From: Trichormus sp. ATA11-4-KO1
GTDB taxonomy: Bacteria > Cyanobacteriota > Cyanobacteriia > Cyanobacteriales > Nostocaceae
Reading direction: 5' to 3'
NCBI GenBank assembly: GCA_019358915.1
Contig: JAHHIM010000014.1
Span: 37,574 to 101,573 of the forward strand
Length of the DNA stretch: 64,000 nucleotides
In this document: positions 19,640 to 30,653 of the stretch, piece after piece
How the letters are laid out: every line of letters begins with the position of its first letter
How positions within the stretch are numbered: position 1 is the first letter of the stretch
Position numbers and translations under genes: made by a program
Notes under the pieces: generated by a model
Seen by the model: the letters and a program-made list of their open reading frames with translations, nothing else
What the model was told of the DNA's origin: nothing
Database searches by the model: none

Positions 19640-20581
19640 TTAATCGCTTAAAACGCCTTTCTTAATTTTACGGACTTGATTTTTAACTTTATCTAAGGTT
19701 TCTTGCAACTGAGTTTTTTCTACTGGTGTAGGGATATTTGCCACAGGTAACGCTGGATTGAGATGACGATAGTGTTGCCAAATTTCCCAGTAGGGACAAC
19801 CGGGTTGAATCCGAATACCTGCCCAGTGAAGATATTGTAGAGGTTGATTGACAGTAGGATCAAAAAGAATTTTGCCTTGAGTCTGAAAGTGGTGAGTCCC
19901 GCCCCAATTACCTGGTGCTTTACCCTCTCTGCGAACTACATTGAAGCGGCGCGGAATGCGCTTGAGCAACATATAATTAATAATCGGTTGGTCAGAAGTT
20001 TTTTCAGAAAAGTCAAAATACTCTGGATGAGCAGCACACTCAGCAAAAGTTTCGTACAAATCATTTTCCGAAATTAAGTTTTTCTTTGACCCCCAAAATC
20101 CGCCATTGAAAATATCTTTGATTTCAGTTTCAGTAAATACTTTTTCTTCTAAAACTTTGGCACTAAAAACATTTCTAATTCCCCCTAAATGTTGATAATC
20201 ACAACAAATAAAGTCGTTTGTAGCTAGGTAATTCAGATTATCAATTATTTTTTCAAAGACAACAATATCAGTATCAATATACAAAAACTCATCAAACGGG
20301 CCAAACCAACAAGCTTGCTTGCGAAATTGATTAGGACGGGCGAAAAATTGTCCCCCAAAGGTTTGATGTAAATTCTGGGAAAGCCTGTCGATAAATTCTA
20401 AATCTTCGTAGACTTGCACACCATAATATTTATTGAGTGTGTCTGCGATTTTGTGATAATTATCATCATAAGGAATCATGATAATTGGTGTATCCGCATC
20501 ATGCAATCGGATACTATTAAGTAAGGCGATCGCATGATCCATCACCTTATCATTAGCAATAATATAAATTCCCCGACTCAT
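19640..20581 (-). CDS. GT-A (GT8-like) sugar transferase, Npun_R2821/R2822-like family
   Basis: GIYIIAND, LYIDTD (DxD), FNGGF, DQPIINY, YLHWAG. Confidence 0.75.
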   Translation of the reverse strand: MSRGIYIIANDKVMDHAIALLNSIRLHDADTPIIMIPYDDNYHKIADTLNKYYGVQVYEDLEFIDRLSQNLHQTFGGQFFARPNQFRKQACWFGPFDEFLYIDTDIVVFEKIIDNLNYLATNDFICCDYQHLGGIRNVFSAKVLEEKVFTETEIKDIFNGGFWGSKKNLISENDLYETFAECAAHPEYFDFSEKTSDQPIINYMLLKRIPRRFNVVRREGKAPGNWGGTHHFQTQGKILFDPTVNQPLQYLHWAGIRIQPGCPYWEIWQHYRHLNPALPVANIPTPVEKTQLQETLDKVKNQVRKIKKGVLSD

Positions 20582-20590
20582 GTTTCCACC

Positions 20591-21586
20591 TCAATTTGTT
20601 AATCCTAATTTTCTTAAAACTTTTGTAGCTAAACCTGAGTTAGCTTTTTGATTTTTCGGTTGAGTTGTGAACTGTGGTCGCTTATCTGGTTCATGCAGAT
20701 AGCGATAATGCAAGAAAATATCTCTGTAGGGAAAATCAATATTTTCTCCCTCACATACTTGCCTAAATAATTGAGAAGATAAACCAATATAGTGAATATA
20801 AGTTAATCGTTGACCTTTGTCATATAAAATATTGTCTTTTGCTTCAAAATGTGTAGAAGTCACACAACAACCTGTTCTTTCACTCTGAGATAAATGATGA
20901 GCAAAGTTATAGCTAGAAATACCTGAACGCATAACCATGTAGTTAAGAATGGTTTGGTCAGGAGCCATATCATAGAGGATTTCTGCTTCGCCTTGGCACA
21001 GTTTATCTAGTAATAATTCTCGGCTTTGGGCATTAAAAATCCCTTTTTTAGAACCATAAAATCCAGAACAAAATATTTCTGTTTGTAGTTGTTCTGCTGA
21101 AAATATTTCTGTCAATTTTGGCGAAGATGCATTATAAACATGAGACAAATCTGTGTACTGAAAGTCATACACTACCCAGTCATGGTGATTTAGTTGTCTA
21201 AATACTTCTGTTAATGAACTCATTAATAAAGTATCAGCATCCATATAGACAAAGCGGTCAAAAGGCCCATCAAATGCACCATAACGTCTATGAGTACCAA
21301 CTCGATGATATTTGTTACTACCTAATTTCGACCAATGTGCTTGAGCGGTAGGGTGAACATCCCAAATATTACAAACAAATTCATCCCATTGTTGCATTGA
21401 CTCTTGATTATCGTAAATTTGCACATTGGGGCGATGAGCAATTTCCGCAGCAATTTGTGCTGTATTATCATCATAAGGATAGATACAAACAGGCATATCT
21501 TGCCCATAAATGGCTTCTATACTATTAAGTAAAGCAACAAGTTGGTCATAAACTCGGTCGTTGGCAAGGGTACAAATACCATCCAT
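20591..21586 (-). CDS. GT-A (GT8-like) sugar transferase, paralog of the neighbouring gene
   Basis: GICTLAND, YMDAD, DQTILNY, YIHYIG. Confidence 0.75.
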   Translation of the reverse strand: MDGICTLANDRVYDQLVALLNSIEAIYGQDMPVCIYPYDDNTAQIAAEIAHRPNVQIYDNQESMQQWDEFVCNIWDVHPTAQAHWSKLGSNKYHRVGTHRRYGAFDGPFDRFVYMDADTLLMSSLTEVFRQLNHHDWVVYDFQYTDLSHVYNASSPKLTEIFSAEQLQTEIFCSGFYGSKKGIFNAQSRELLLDKLCQGEAEILYDMAPDQTILNYMVMRSGISSYNFAHHLSQSERTGCCVTSTHFEAKDNILYDKGQRLTYIHYIGLSSQLFRQVCEGENIDFPYRDIFLHYRYLHEPDKRPQFTTQPKNQKANSGLATKVLRKLGLTN

Positions 21587-21601
21587 ATAAAAATCCCAAA
21601 T

Positions 21602-22567
21602 TTAGCAAGAGAATTTAGCGACAAATTCTGATAACCAGTTAAGTAGATTTAATTGATGTAAAATAATTTGTCTAGCTTCGGCGATCGCATCTTTAGCAGC
21701 ATACCAAGCATCAGGAGTAGCCGTCACTTCTTGGATGTAGGCAATACCTTTGGCATCTAAACTAGGCAACCGCAAAAAACTACCAGGTGGTAGTAATTTA
21801 TCGGCGGCTGGGCTACCATAGTAAATTGGTAAACACCATGCCAACAAAGCATCCCATAATTTCTCACTTACATACCAATTATTTTCGGCATAATTTTCAA
21901 TTGCCAGATTGTAATAGTAAGGTGCCATACCATGCCATTTGTTACCTAATTCCCCTGATTTTGTGGCCCATGTAGGTAAATCACGCCCATACAAATCAAA
22001 TTTAATGTTACTTGATTGTAAAGACTGTAAAAAGTCTAACCTCTGGCGATGGTTGGCTGTGCGACTAATTCCCGAAGTAATCCAACTACAAGGAGAAACT
22101 TTTTCAGGAGGTGGCATTTCATTTAATTCGCGAAATGAGTTGGTATGATACCAAATCGCCGGCATGTAATCAGGTGTGGGGGCAAAATCATCAGGGCCGG
22201 AAGTATAACCGCAATACTTTTGTGCTTCCTGATAATTGCGTTTATTTCTTTCCACAACTTCAGTTAATGGTGGTTCGCGTAAAAGATAAATCACCCGCTC
22301 TTGGGGAACACCTTTAAGGATAGAATTAACATCAAATTCTGGTTTTTGTCGTTTTTGACTTAACTTTTCCCACCAGGATTGCTGCTGAGGAAATTCTGGA
22401 AAGTCAAACTGATACATTAGCAAAAAGTCGGGTTTTGATGCTAATGCCTGCATTTGGATATTGCCCCAAATACCAAGCTGATTGGGGGTTTGTTGCCATA
22501 GCCAATCGGCTTTTTTATCCAAACCTCGATAGCTGCTAATCATGCCAACTGTTTTTCTATCCATCAT
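21602..22567 (-). CDS. GT10-like (alpha-1,3-fucosyltransferase-like) glycosyltransferase
   Basis: YYYNLAIENY...YVSEKLWDALLAWCLPIYYG GT10 motif. Confidence 0.8.
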   Translation of the reverse strand: MMDRKTVGMISSYRGLDKKADWLWQQTPNQLGIWGNIQMQALASKPDFLLMYQFDFPEFPQQQSWWEKLSQKRQKPEFDVNSILKGVPQERVIYLLREPPLTEVVERNKRNYQEAQKYCGYTSGPDDFAPTPDYMPAIWYHTNSFRELNEMPPPEKVSPCSWITSGISRTANHRQRLDFLQSLQSSNIKFDLYGRDLPTWATKSGELGNKWHGMAPYYYNLAIENYAENNWYVSEKLWDALLAWCLPIYYGSPAADKLLPPGSFLRLPSLDAKGIAYIQEVTATPDAWYAAKDAIAEARQIILHQLNLLNWLSEFVAKFSC

Positions 22568-22597
22568 GAGTTAATATTTATTATTTAATAATTTAGC

Positions 22598-23809
22598 TTA
22601 ACTTATAAGTTGAGGAAGGAGATTTTTATCAACGTAACTCAGGATTTTTGCTGCTCGATTTTCCCAAGAAAATTGCTTTACAAATTCGATATTATCTGCG
22701 TAACCTTCTAGTTTTCTGGGACGATTTTCTAAAACATATTTCAAAGATGCGGCAAATTTAGTGGGGTTATCAGGCTCACACCAAGCAGCGATCGCCTGAG
22801 TATTTTTAAATTCCAGTAACGAGGGAATTTCCGTCGCGACAATGGGATTTCCAGAAGCCAAATAATCAAATAACTTTAAAGGAGATGTAAAAGTTGCCGC
22901 TTTTCCAGAACAATGAGGATGAGCTAAAATATCGGCTGCTTGTAGTAGAGATGCTAATTGATCATGCAAAACGTAGCCTAAAAATATAATGTTGTCTACC
23001 TGTTTTTCTTTAGCTAATTGCTGATAATGTTCTACTTCTGTTGTCTTTCCGCCTGCACAAGCAAATTGCACATTTGGCATTTTGGCAGCAACATCAATGA
23101 GTACATCAATACCTTTAAATCGCTGTAACGCTCCTGCGTATACTACCAGATGCGATCGCCCATTTATCAGCAGCTTTTCGCGCCATTCTGCTGCTTTGTC
23201 TGGTTGTCTAGTCATAAACAACCGATTATAACCATTATGTAGGGTAATTACTTTTGCCGATGGCATACCATTTTTGATCATGCTGTCGCGAATAGTATCT
23301 ACGACTGTTACAGCAAGTTGTAATAATGGACTTTTAACGATTTCTGGCTCAAACTGTTTATTTTCATGGTGGTGATGTTCGTAAATTGCCGGAACACCAT
23401 TTGTAATGGCAGCTTTTACTAAATTCCAGTTGCGACTGTGAACAAGCTTTGTCGTGGGAAATATATGAAAGGGAAAATAATATTTGGTAAAGATAGTGTT
23501 GGAGTTAGTCAATTTGCTTTGAAAACGATCAATCGGCCAAGGCATTGGCAAAGGAGCCACTTTTAATTTATCTTGGAGATTGTAATATTTAACAATTTCT
23601 TCAGGTATTTTTCTCGGTTGAAAAGGACGATATAAATTAGCTGGATTAATATAATTTAATTTTTTATCAGGATATACTAAAACTGTTGAATATCCTAAGT
23701 TTGCCGCACCATTTGCCGCATTTGTAGATTGAACTAAATGAGCTTCTGGCTTTGGTAATTCTTCTTGAACAAAGAAAATATAATGTTTCTTGAAACTCGG
23801 ATTTTTCAT
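22598..23809 (-). CDS. GT4 family glycosyltransferase
   Basis: VYAGALQRFKG, SPLKLFDYLASGNPIVAT. Confidence 0.85.
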   Translation of the reverse strand: MKNPSFKKHYIFFVQEELPKPEAHLVQSTNAANGAANLGYSTVLVYPDKKLNYINPANLYRPFQPRKIPEEIVKYYNLQDKLKVAPLPMPWPIDRFQSKLTNSNTIFTKYYFPFHIFPTTKLVHSRNWNLVKAAITNGVPAIYEHHHHENKQFEPEIVKSPLLQLAVTVVDTIRDSMIKNGMPSAKVITLHNGYNRLFMTRQPDKAAEWREKLLINGRSHLVVYAGALQRFKGIDVLIDVAAKMPNVQFACAGGKTTEVEHYQQLAKEKQVDNIIFLGYVLHDQLASLLQAADILAHPHCSGKAATFTSPLKLFDYLASGNPIVATEIPSLLEFKNTQAIAAWCEPDNPTKFAASLKYVLENRPRKLEGYADNIEFVKQFSWENRAAKILSYVDKNLLPQLIS

Positions 23810-23819
23810 ATACTTAATC

Positions 23820-24698
23820 TTAAGTTCCTGTATCAGATAACATATTCAATATTTGCAAGTAGAACCAATGATTACGTTCACGATTCTCGTCAAGGCTCTC
23901 AGGGTAAGCCTTACAGTCTTTTAGATAATGCTGCCAATCATCAATTTTACAGGAAAACTTATTTTGATAACGAAACTCAAAAAAGGTTTTTTTGAATAGT
24001 GACAATTTGAATTTGTGCTGTAACCACTTCTGAATGGGAAAAATACCAGGAGTATGTTTCAGAGTCCAAAACTTACTACTAAAGGGAAAAGATAAAACTT
24101 TTCTCCCCAGCAGTGTACCCCAGTATGCCCCATGATAAGAACTGGTTAATATAGTTTCACCTGATCCTAAAAAATCTAAAATTTCCTCAATATCTTGATT
24201 ATTATTAGTCAGTTGCGGAAAATTACCAATTTTTATCTGGAATTTTTTATGCGAAAAAACTACAAATTCATGTTTTATTTCTCGTTTTTTATCAAAGGCT
24301 GGGTGCATACAACTAGCGCAAGGAACCCAATGAGAACTATAGTTAAAATCTCGAATACCAACTAAGTCAAAATTATGCAGATATTGAGAATAGTCAAAAT
24401 CTTGTAATTTTTGTGGCGCAAAAGAACTACCATAAATTTGCTGACCAATTCCCCAAGCAATTAACTTTGTATCTGCTTTAGACTCAATAAGTTGAGAGAA
24501 TGCATGTAAAAATGGAGAGTATAAAAGTCCACCTCCACCCACAATAATATGTTTACTTCTTATGTCATCAATGTTTATTGTGCGGATATCGGCTTGTTCA
24601 ACAGTATATCCAGGAAAAGCAAAATATTTTGTGGGAGCGGAGAATAAATCTCCAATGTTTGTGGGATCAATGACATGGTAATTAATAATTGATTTCAT
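23820..24698 (-). CDS. Polysaccharide pyruvyl transferase-like protein
   Basis: NIGD, VGGGGL, WGIG, VGIRD, TSSYHG motifs. Confidence 0.7.
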   Translation of the reverse strand: MKSIINYHVIDPTNIGDLFSAPTKYFAFPGYTVEQADIRTINIDDIRSKHIIVGGGGLLYSPFLHAFSQLIESKADTKLIAWGIGQQIYGSSFAPQKLQDFDYSQYLHNFDLVGIRDFNYSSHWVPCASCMHPAFDKKREIKHEFVVFSHKKFQIKIGNFPQLTNNNQDIEEILDFLGSGETILTSSYHGAYWGTLLGRKVLSFPFSSKFWTLKHTPGIFPIQKWLQHKFKLSLFKKTFFEFRYQNKFSCKIDDWQHYLKDCKAYPESLDENRERNHWFYLQILNMLSDTGT

Positions 24699-24793
24699 TA
24701 GTCCAGGGATATTTAACCCAAAAATAGTGTTGGTTTTTGTTAGACTTTTCTATAATTTTGGCTAACATATTTTTACTCCAAATTTCTGGTAAA

Positions 24794-25924
24794 TTAACAA
24801 GTTGGTATTTCTACCTTGGTATCAAAGTAGGAACTAACAACATCATTTATCTCAGACATAAATCTTTGGGTAGAAAATAAGTTTTTTTGAGTAGTTAGGG
24901 ATTGAAGTAGTTTGTTTTGTTTAGTAGAGTCATTTAAGACTTCAATAATTTTTTCTACAGCCTCAACTTCCGTATTAAAAAATAATTCATTATTATGTTC
25001 ACCGACAATTTCCACTTGTCCGCCATCACTTCTCACAAAAGGAATAGCACCAGCTTTTACCATTTCGGCAATAGAAATACCAAAAGGTTCTCTTTTAAAG
25101 TGAATACCATACTTACATTTAACTAAAACTTTAATATACTCCTCATAGGGAAGATTTTCATGTAAGGTAATCCAAGATGAATTTTCTTCTACCATCTTTT
25201 TGATGGAATTAGTATATTGCCATTCATAAACACCACCACCACCACCTGTCATATATAATTTAATATCAAAGCCTCGCTCACGAACCAGCTTCAGTATTTT
25301 GATGATTCTATGAGGTTCTTTTGCTTTGACTATTCTGCCACTACAAATGAATGCGTCTTCTTTGTCAATCCAAGGTATATCTGGTGTATCTATAACAACG
25401 GGAGGATACACTACATTTGAATCAATTTTGTATTGTTTTCTTGTCGTATTAGCAACACAATAAGAATTTGCTATTGAGATATTTTGGGATATTTGTTCTA
25501 GTGAAAAACCGGATATTCTTCTATAAAGAGGTGTACCCTCAAGAACTCTAACCCAATGTATGTATTGAATTCCTATTCGACCCATGTCCATCGCATTATA
25601 TGCAGACATAACTAAGTCATATTCATGGCAATGTCGCTTAAAATCCCGAATTAAAAGATGAAAAAATAACATTCTGACATCTTTATTTTTAACCATCATA
25701 AAATAGCAAATAACGGTTAAAATTTTGGGAATAATAGTTTTAACTTTTATATCTTCATTTGATATACTTGTTCCATACATAGAATTTAGTTCTTTAATAT
25801 CAATATCTCCAAGAGTAAATAATGTTAGATCATATTTATCTTTTAATGCTTGGAGAATCCATAGTCCCACTGCTTCTGCACCGCCACCCATAAAACATGG
25901 GTAATAAATGGCTACTTTTTTCAT
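24794..25924 (-). CDS. GT4 family glycosyltransferase (ALG11-like)
   Basis: GGGAEAV, VVYPPV, SGRIVKAK, EPFGISIAEM. Confidence 0.82.
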   Translation of the reverse strand: MKKVAIYYPCFMGGGAEAVGLWILQALKDKYDLTLFTLGDIDIKELNSMYGTSISNEDIKVKTIIPKILTVICYFMMVKNKDVRMLFFHLLIRDFKRHCHEYDLVMSAYNAMDMGRIGIQYIHWVRVLEGTPLYRRISGFSLEQISQNISIANSYCVANTTRKQYKIDSNVVYPPVVIDTPDIPWIDKEDAFICSGRIVKAKEPHRIIKILKLVRERGFDIKLYMTGGGGGVYEWQYTNSIKKMVEENSSWITLHENLPYEEYIKVLVKCKYGIHFKREPFGISIAEMVKAGAIPFVRSDGGQVEIVGEHNNELFFNTEVEAVEKIIEVLNDSTKQNKLLQSLTTQKNLFSTQRFMSEINDVVSSYFDTKVEIPTC

Positions 25925-26045
25925 AGTTAAATACTCTATATTTTTCTGATGTTTATCTTAGCCATGATTAGATATAATCGTCAATGCAATTTATACTAGA
26001 TGAATTAAATATGCGGCAATTTGTTGTTAAGGGTAATAAAAATAA

Positions 26046-28268
26046 CTATTGTTTTATACTTTTATTTATTTTTTCTAATGTTTCCATCTGAGCTAACAAA
26101 TAAATAGCCAAATGGTAAGAGTCAGCAATTAACTCATCTTCTGATTCAGTATTATCTACTAAACCATCTGCAAGTGAAACTAAGACATTAAGTAGATGAT
26201 TGAGTTTTCTCTGAAGTTCATCAAATATTTGCATTAAGTTTTCATTGTTATCTGTAAATAAGTTATTTTGTAGTTTAATGCTTTCTTGGAAAACTTCGAT
26301 ATTGGCGATAATTCTCAAGACTGATTTGTATGCTTCATTCAATAGTTCTTGGCGTTCTTTAGTATCATCTACTATGCCATCAGTTAATAATCTTAAGCAA
26401 CCAATCATCGAGTTCAGTCGCGTGCGAATTTCGTAAGACACGCGAATCAACACTTGATTGGATTTGCCATTAGTTTTTGCCGATTCGCCAAATTGCATCG
26501 AATAGAGGCGCGAATAATAACCACCTTTTTGTAAAAGTTCGTCATGGCTTCCTAGTTCCACCACACGTCCTTGATCGAATACGGCAATTTGATCAGCTTT
26601 TTGGACAGTAGAAAGGCGGTGGGCAATTACTAAGGTTGTGCGATCGCGGCTGAGATTATCTATGGCGGCTTGCACTAAACGCTCAGAAACAGTATCTAAA
26701 GCTGAGGTAGCTTCATCTAATATGAGAATTTCTGGATTTTGCAATAAAGCACGCGCTATGGCTAGACGCTGGCGCTGTCCACCGGATAACATGACACCGC
26801 GATCGCCAATCATCGTGTCAAATCCTTCTGGCAATTTACAAATAAATTCATAAGCATTTGCGCGCTTGCTAGCTGTCATAATTTCTTCATCGCTAGCATC
26901 GGGTTTCCCGTAGGCGATATTATTTTTTACTGAATCATTGAACAGAAAAGTATCTTGACTGACGATACCCATCGCTTTCCGTAGGGATCTTAAATCAAAC
27001 TTGCCTAGCTCAATGCCATCGATAGTAATATAACCAGATATGGGGTCATAAAATCTGGGTAAAAGATCCGCCAGCGTTGACTTACCCGCACCAGAACTAC
27101 CCACCAAAGCGAGAGTAGTACCTCGTGGTAAATATAAATCTACATCCTTCAGCACCAACTTATCATTACCAGGGTAGGCAAAAGATATATTATTGAAATG
27201 TATTCCCTCGTGTAATTTTGTGTAAGCTAAATTACCATTGGGCATAAAAGGCTTATTATCCCGTCGTAAAAAGTCAGCCACCATATCCACACTAGCTGAG
27301 TTATTGGCAAAGCTACTACGAAGAGTATTTAATTGTGAGACAAAAGGTAGTAGTCGCAGTAGCACTAATAAATATGTGAGCAGCACTGCTGAAAGTGTAG
27401 CAACTTGCTCTGCAAATAACATTCGTCCTAGAAAGACAATCATTATTAAAGATATAAGGCCTGCAACTTCACTAGTTGGCCCAATAAGATTGGAATTCAC
27501 CTGAGACCTAAACTCTGCTGTTTCGCGTGCATGAATTAGCTCGTTAATCTTTTGATATGTTGCTTCTTCATGTGCAGTTGCCTTAACTAGGCGAATTCCA
27601 CTCAAAGTTTCTATCAGATTATTTGTGAGTCTTTTAGACATTTCGGTAAGCATCTTGCCAAAATATCTTGAGCGAGAAATAGCATACTGATTTACTAAGG
27701 TAACGAAAGATAGTAAGACGGTAGATAATATTGTTAGTTGCCAGGAAATTGATAATAAAATAAATATAAAAACGAAAATTGTAATAATATCAATAATCAA
27801 TTTAATTATATTATTTACAGAAGCTGAAGCACGGGGAATTTCTCCATTAAGATGATTCATTAAATCACCAAGTTTCATCTTGGTGTAATAATTGATGTCG
27901 ATATCTAGTAATAACTGTACACCTGCCTTGCGCATATCTGATGTGAGTGTACGAGCGACAGAACTAGATGCCAAAGAACTGGCATAGCTAGCGGCATTTT
28001 TTAAAAAAATTATAAATATAATTGCTCCTGCCATCATTCCCAAGCGATAATTTTCGGGAAAATCATCAAATGGCGACATAATAGCTCTAATAATCCGTGG
28101 AGCATTAGTTAAATCTATTTCTTGTCCGACGATTTTTAAAACAATTGGCACAATCATTGCTGTGCTGATGCCATTAAATAAAGCTCCTGAAAATCCCAGG
28201 AGTATTGTCAAAATAATTCTACCTGGGTAAGGTTTAGTAAATTTTATAAGCTGCTTAAGATTAGACAT
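26046..28268 (-). CDS. MsbA/HepA-like ABC exporter with a C-terminal HisKA-like extension
   Basis: TM domain, GSSGAGKS, LSGGQRQR, ILDEATSALD; ~140-aa extra C-terminal tail. Confidence 0.9.
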   Translation of the reverse strand: MSNLKQLIKFTKPYPGRIILTILLGFSGALFNGISTAMIVPIVLKIVGQEIDLTNAPRIIRAIMSPFDDFPENYRLGMMAGAIIFIIFLKNAASYASSLASSSVARTLTSDMRKAGVQLLLDIDINYYTKMKLGDLMNHLNGEIPRASASVNNIIKLIIDIITIFVFIFILLSISWQLTILSTVLLSFVTLVNQYAISRSRYFGKMLTEMSKRLTNNLIETLSGIRLVKATAHEEATYQKINELIHARETAEFRSQVNSNLIGPTSEVAGLISLIMIVFLGRMLFAEQVATLSAVLLTYLLVLLRLLPFVSQLNTLRSSFANNSASVDMVADFLRRDNKPFMPNGNLAYTKLHEGIHFNNISFAYPGNDKLVLKDVDLYLPRGTTLALVGSSGAGKSTLADLLPRFYDPISGYITIDGIELGKFDLRSLRKAMGIVSQDTFLFNDSVKNNIAYGKPDASDEEIMTASKRANAYEFICKLPEGFDTMIGDRGVMLSGGQRQRLAIARALLQNPEILILDEATSALDTVSERLVQAAIDNLSRDRTTLVIAHRLSTVQKADQIAVFDQGRVVELGSHDELLQKGGYYSRLYSMQFGESAKTNGKSNQVLIRVSYEIRTRLNSMIGCLRLLTDGIVDDTKERQELLNEAYKSVLRIIANIEVFQESIKLQNNLFTDNNENLMQIFDELQRKLNHLLNVLVSLADGLVDNTESEDELIADSYHLAIYLLAQMETLEKINKSIKQ

Positions 28269-28323
28269 AAATAAATTTGATTTTTTTCTTCAACAAACTA
28301 AAAAAAACAAAGAATGTTACTAG

Positions 28324-29529
28324 TTATGTTGCTAAATTAGCAAATACTTGAGATAATATTGCTGCCATAGTATCAACACTATAATGTTTAACACATCTTT
28401 CTCTTGCCATCTGACCTTTTGCATTTGCCTCATCTAAATTTTGGAAGATCCATTGAATTTTCTCAGCTATTTGTTCTGGACAACTAGGCTCGACTAAATA
28501 ACCGTTTTCGCCGAGAATTTCGGGAATATCTCCTACTCGTGTTGCCAAAACAGGTTTTGCCATTGCCATCCCATCAGTTAATTTCAGGGGAAACTGAGCT
28601 AAAGCGGCTGGAGTATTACGCTGTGGGACAACAACAACATGGGCTGCTGCAACAATTTGCGGCATTTCTTGTGATGGATATTTTGGCAGCTTGATCATCC
28701 AACGCCCCCATTTTTCCATGAGTTGAGCATCATAGTCATCATAAGGACTGCCACCCACAATCACTAGTCTTAAATCAGGCTGATTTAATTGTTCCAACGC
28801 CATTAATATATCTTCAACTCCTTTGTATGGTCTTGGCGCACCAGGAAACATTAAAATTCGATATCCAGAAAGCCCATAACGCGCTCTACTTTCTTCAGGA
28901 TCATAGTGATCAGGATTAAACAGATCAGTATCTTTGCCGTTGGGCAAATATACACCACCAAATCGCTCTTTTAAAAATTGAGTGTGAATTGTAATGGCAT
29001 TGGCATTTTGTGTCATGCCTTCAACCCATTTTAAATAAAGCGGATGATCCGGAAATCTCAAAGCACCATCTGCTTTAAAAACATCTCTAAAAATTTTCTT
29101 AGGGGAGGGACGATACCGCCATTTTTCGCCACCATACCAACTTAATTCCCAATCATCTATATCTAAAATTATTGGTTGCCGACTTTTTAACTTTTTCAAC
29201 ATAGATAAACCGAAGGTGGTAGGCTTCGGTCTCATCGCATAAATAATATCACCATCAATTTTTTGGAAAAGCTGAGAGGCTGACAGTAAAAATTGCGGGT
29301 AGTTATAGCCATTAATATAACTAACTGGAATTTCCGATTGGGGAATTACTGCTGGTTCATCACCGAAAACAAATCCTAAAATTTCCACTCGATAATTCAG
29401 TTTTTGGAGTGCTTGAGCTAGTAAAAACGATCGCACACCTCCACCTCCCCATCTCCCGGCTCCAGCGCTCGATAAATCGCTGACCAGTATGGAAACTTTT
29501 AATTGAGTTTGGCTTGGCTGTAAACTCAC
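28324..29529 (-). CDS. GT4 family glycosyltransferase
   Basis: FPGAPRPYKG, FPLKLTDGMAMAKPVLATRVGDIPE. Confidence 0.85.
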   Translation of the reverse strand: MSLQPSQTQLKVSILVSDLSSAGAGRWGGGGVRSFLLAQALQKLNYRVEILGFVFGDEPAVIPQSEIPVSYINGYNYPQFLLSASQLFQKIDGDIIYAMRPKPTTFGLSMLKKLKSRQPIILDIDDWELSWYGGEKWRYRPSPKKIFRDVFKADGALRFPDHPLYLKWVEGMTQNANAITIHTQFLKERFGGVYLPNGKDTDLFNPDHYDPEESRARYGLSGYRILMFPGAPRPYKGVEDILMALEQLNQPDLRLVIVGGSPYDDYDAQLMEKWGRWMIKLPKYPSQEMPQIVAAAHVVVVPQRNTPAALAQFPLKLTDGMAMAKPVLATRVGDIPEILGENGYLVEPSCPEQIAEKIQWIFQNLDEANAKGQMARERCVKHYSVDTMAAILSQVFANLAT

Positions 29530-29879
29530 AATGATTTTACTTTGGTTAATAATAACTAAAAAATATCAGTGACTAGGAAGAAAAAATATTGCAAGTTATA
29601 ATTAGCGATTTTTTCACAAAAAATTACAGCATAAATCTAACTTTGAATTTAAACTTTCTCCCAGGGAAATTTTACTGATAAATAAAGAGAACCTTTGACG
29701 ACTTTTAGTATTATCTAGGTGTAAGTACGGTTGTATACTATCATTATTTATAAAAAATGACAGCTATAATAAAAAATATAGATAGTTGAGTAATTTTGTG
29801 CAAGTACCTCAGTAAGTCACTGAGATACCAAGATAGCTGATAAATATCAAACATCCACATGACGATGGAGGCAGAAGAA

Positions 29880-30653
29880 ATGCAGGTAATTCGTCTTGAG
29901 GCGCTCTCAGACAACTACATATTCTTGCTGCACGATAGCCAACACAATATTGCTGCTGTTGTTGATCCAGCAGTAGCTGAACCAGTATTCAGGAAGCTTG
30001 CAGAACTCAAAGCAGAGTTGGTAGCGATTTTCAACACCCACCACCATCACGACCATGTGGGTGGAAACCAGCAATTAATCAAGCACTTCCCCCAAGTAAT
30101 TGTGTATGGCGGAGCTGAGGATCAAGGCAGAATTCCCGGACAACAAGTATTTTTACAACAAGGCGATCGCGTCCAGTTTGCTCACCGCACCGCCGAAGTT
30201 CTCTTCGTTCCTGGGCATACCCGCGCTCATATCGCTTACTACTTCCCCCCCACAACATCTGATGAACCAGGCGAGTTATTCTGTGGTGATACCATGTTTG
30301 CTGGTGGTTGCGGTCGCTTATTTGAAGGAACACCTACACAAATGGTGGCATCCTTGGGTAAATTACGCTCTCTCCCAGATAATACTCGTGTCTGGTGCGC
30401 CCATGAATACACCTTAAAAAATCTGCAATTTGCTCTCACTGTAGATAGTGATAATGCTGAATTGCAAAGGCGCTACGCCGAAGTGAAGACCCACCGTAGC
30501 CGCAAAGAAGCTACTGTTCCTTCATTATTGGCAATAGAAAAACGCACCAATCCCTTTTTACGTTGGGAACAACCAGCATTACAATTAGCTGTCAACAGTC
30601 GTGATCCAGTTCAAACATTTGCCCGTTTACGGGGAATGAAAGATAGATTTTAG
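29880..30653 (+). CDS. gloB: Hydroxyacylglutathione hydrolase (glyoxalase II)
   Basis: [43 protein letters not shown]. Confidence 0.95.
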   Translation: MQVIRLEALSDNYIFLLHDSQHNIAAVVDPAVAEPVFRKLAELKAELVAIFNTHHHHDHVGGNQQLIKHFPQVIVYGGAEDQGRIPGQQVFLQQGDRVQFAHRTAEVLFVPGHTRAHIAYYFPPTTSDEPGELFCGDTMFAGGCGRLFEGTPTQMVASLGKLRSLPDNTRVWCAHEYTLKNLQFALTVDSDNAELQRRYAEVKTHRSRKEATVPSLLAIEKRTNPFLRWEQPALQLAVNSRDPVQTFARLRGMKDRF

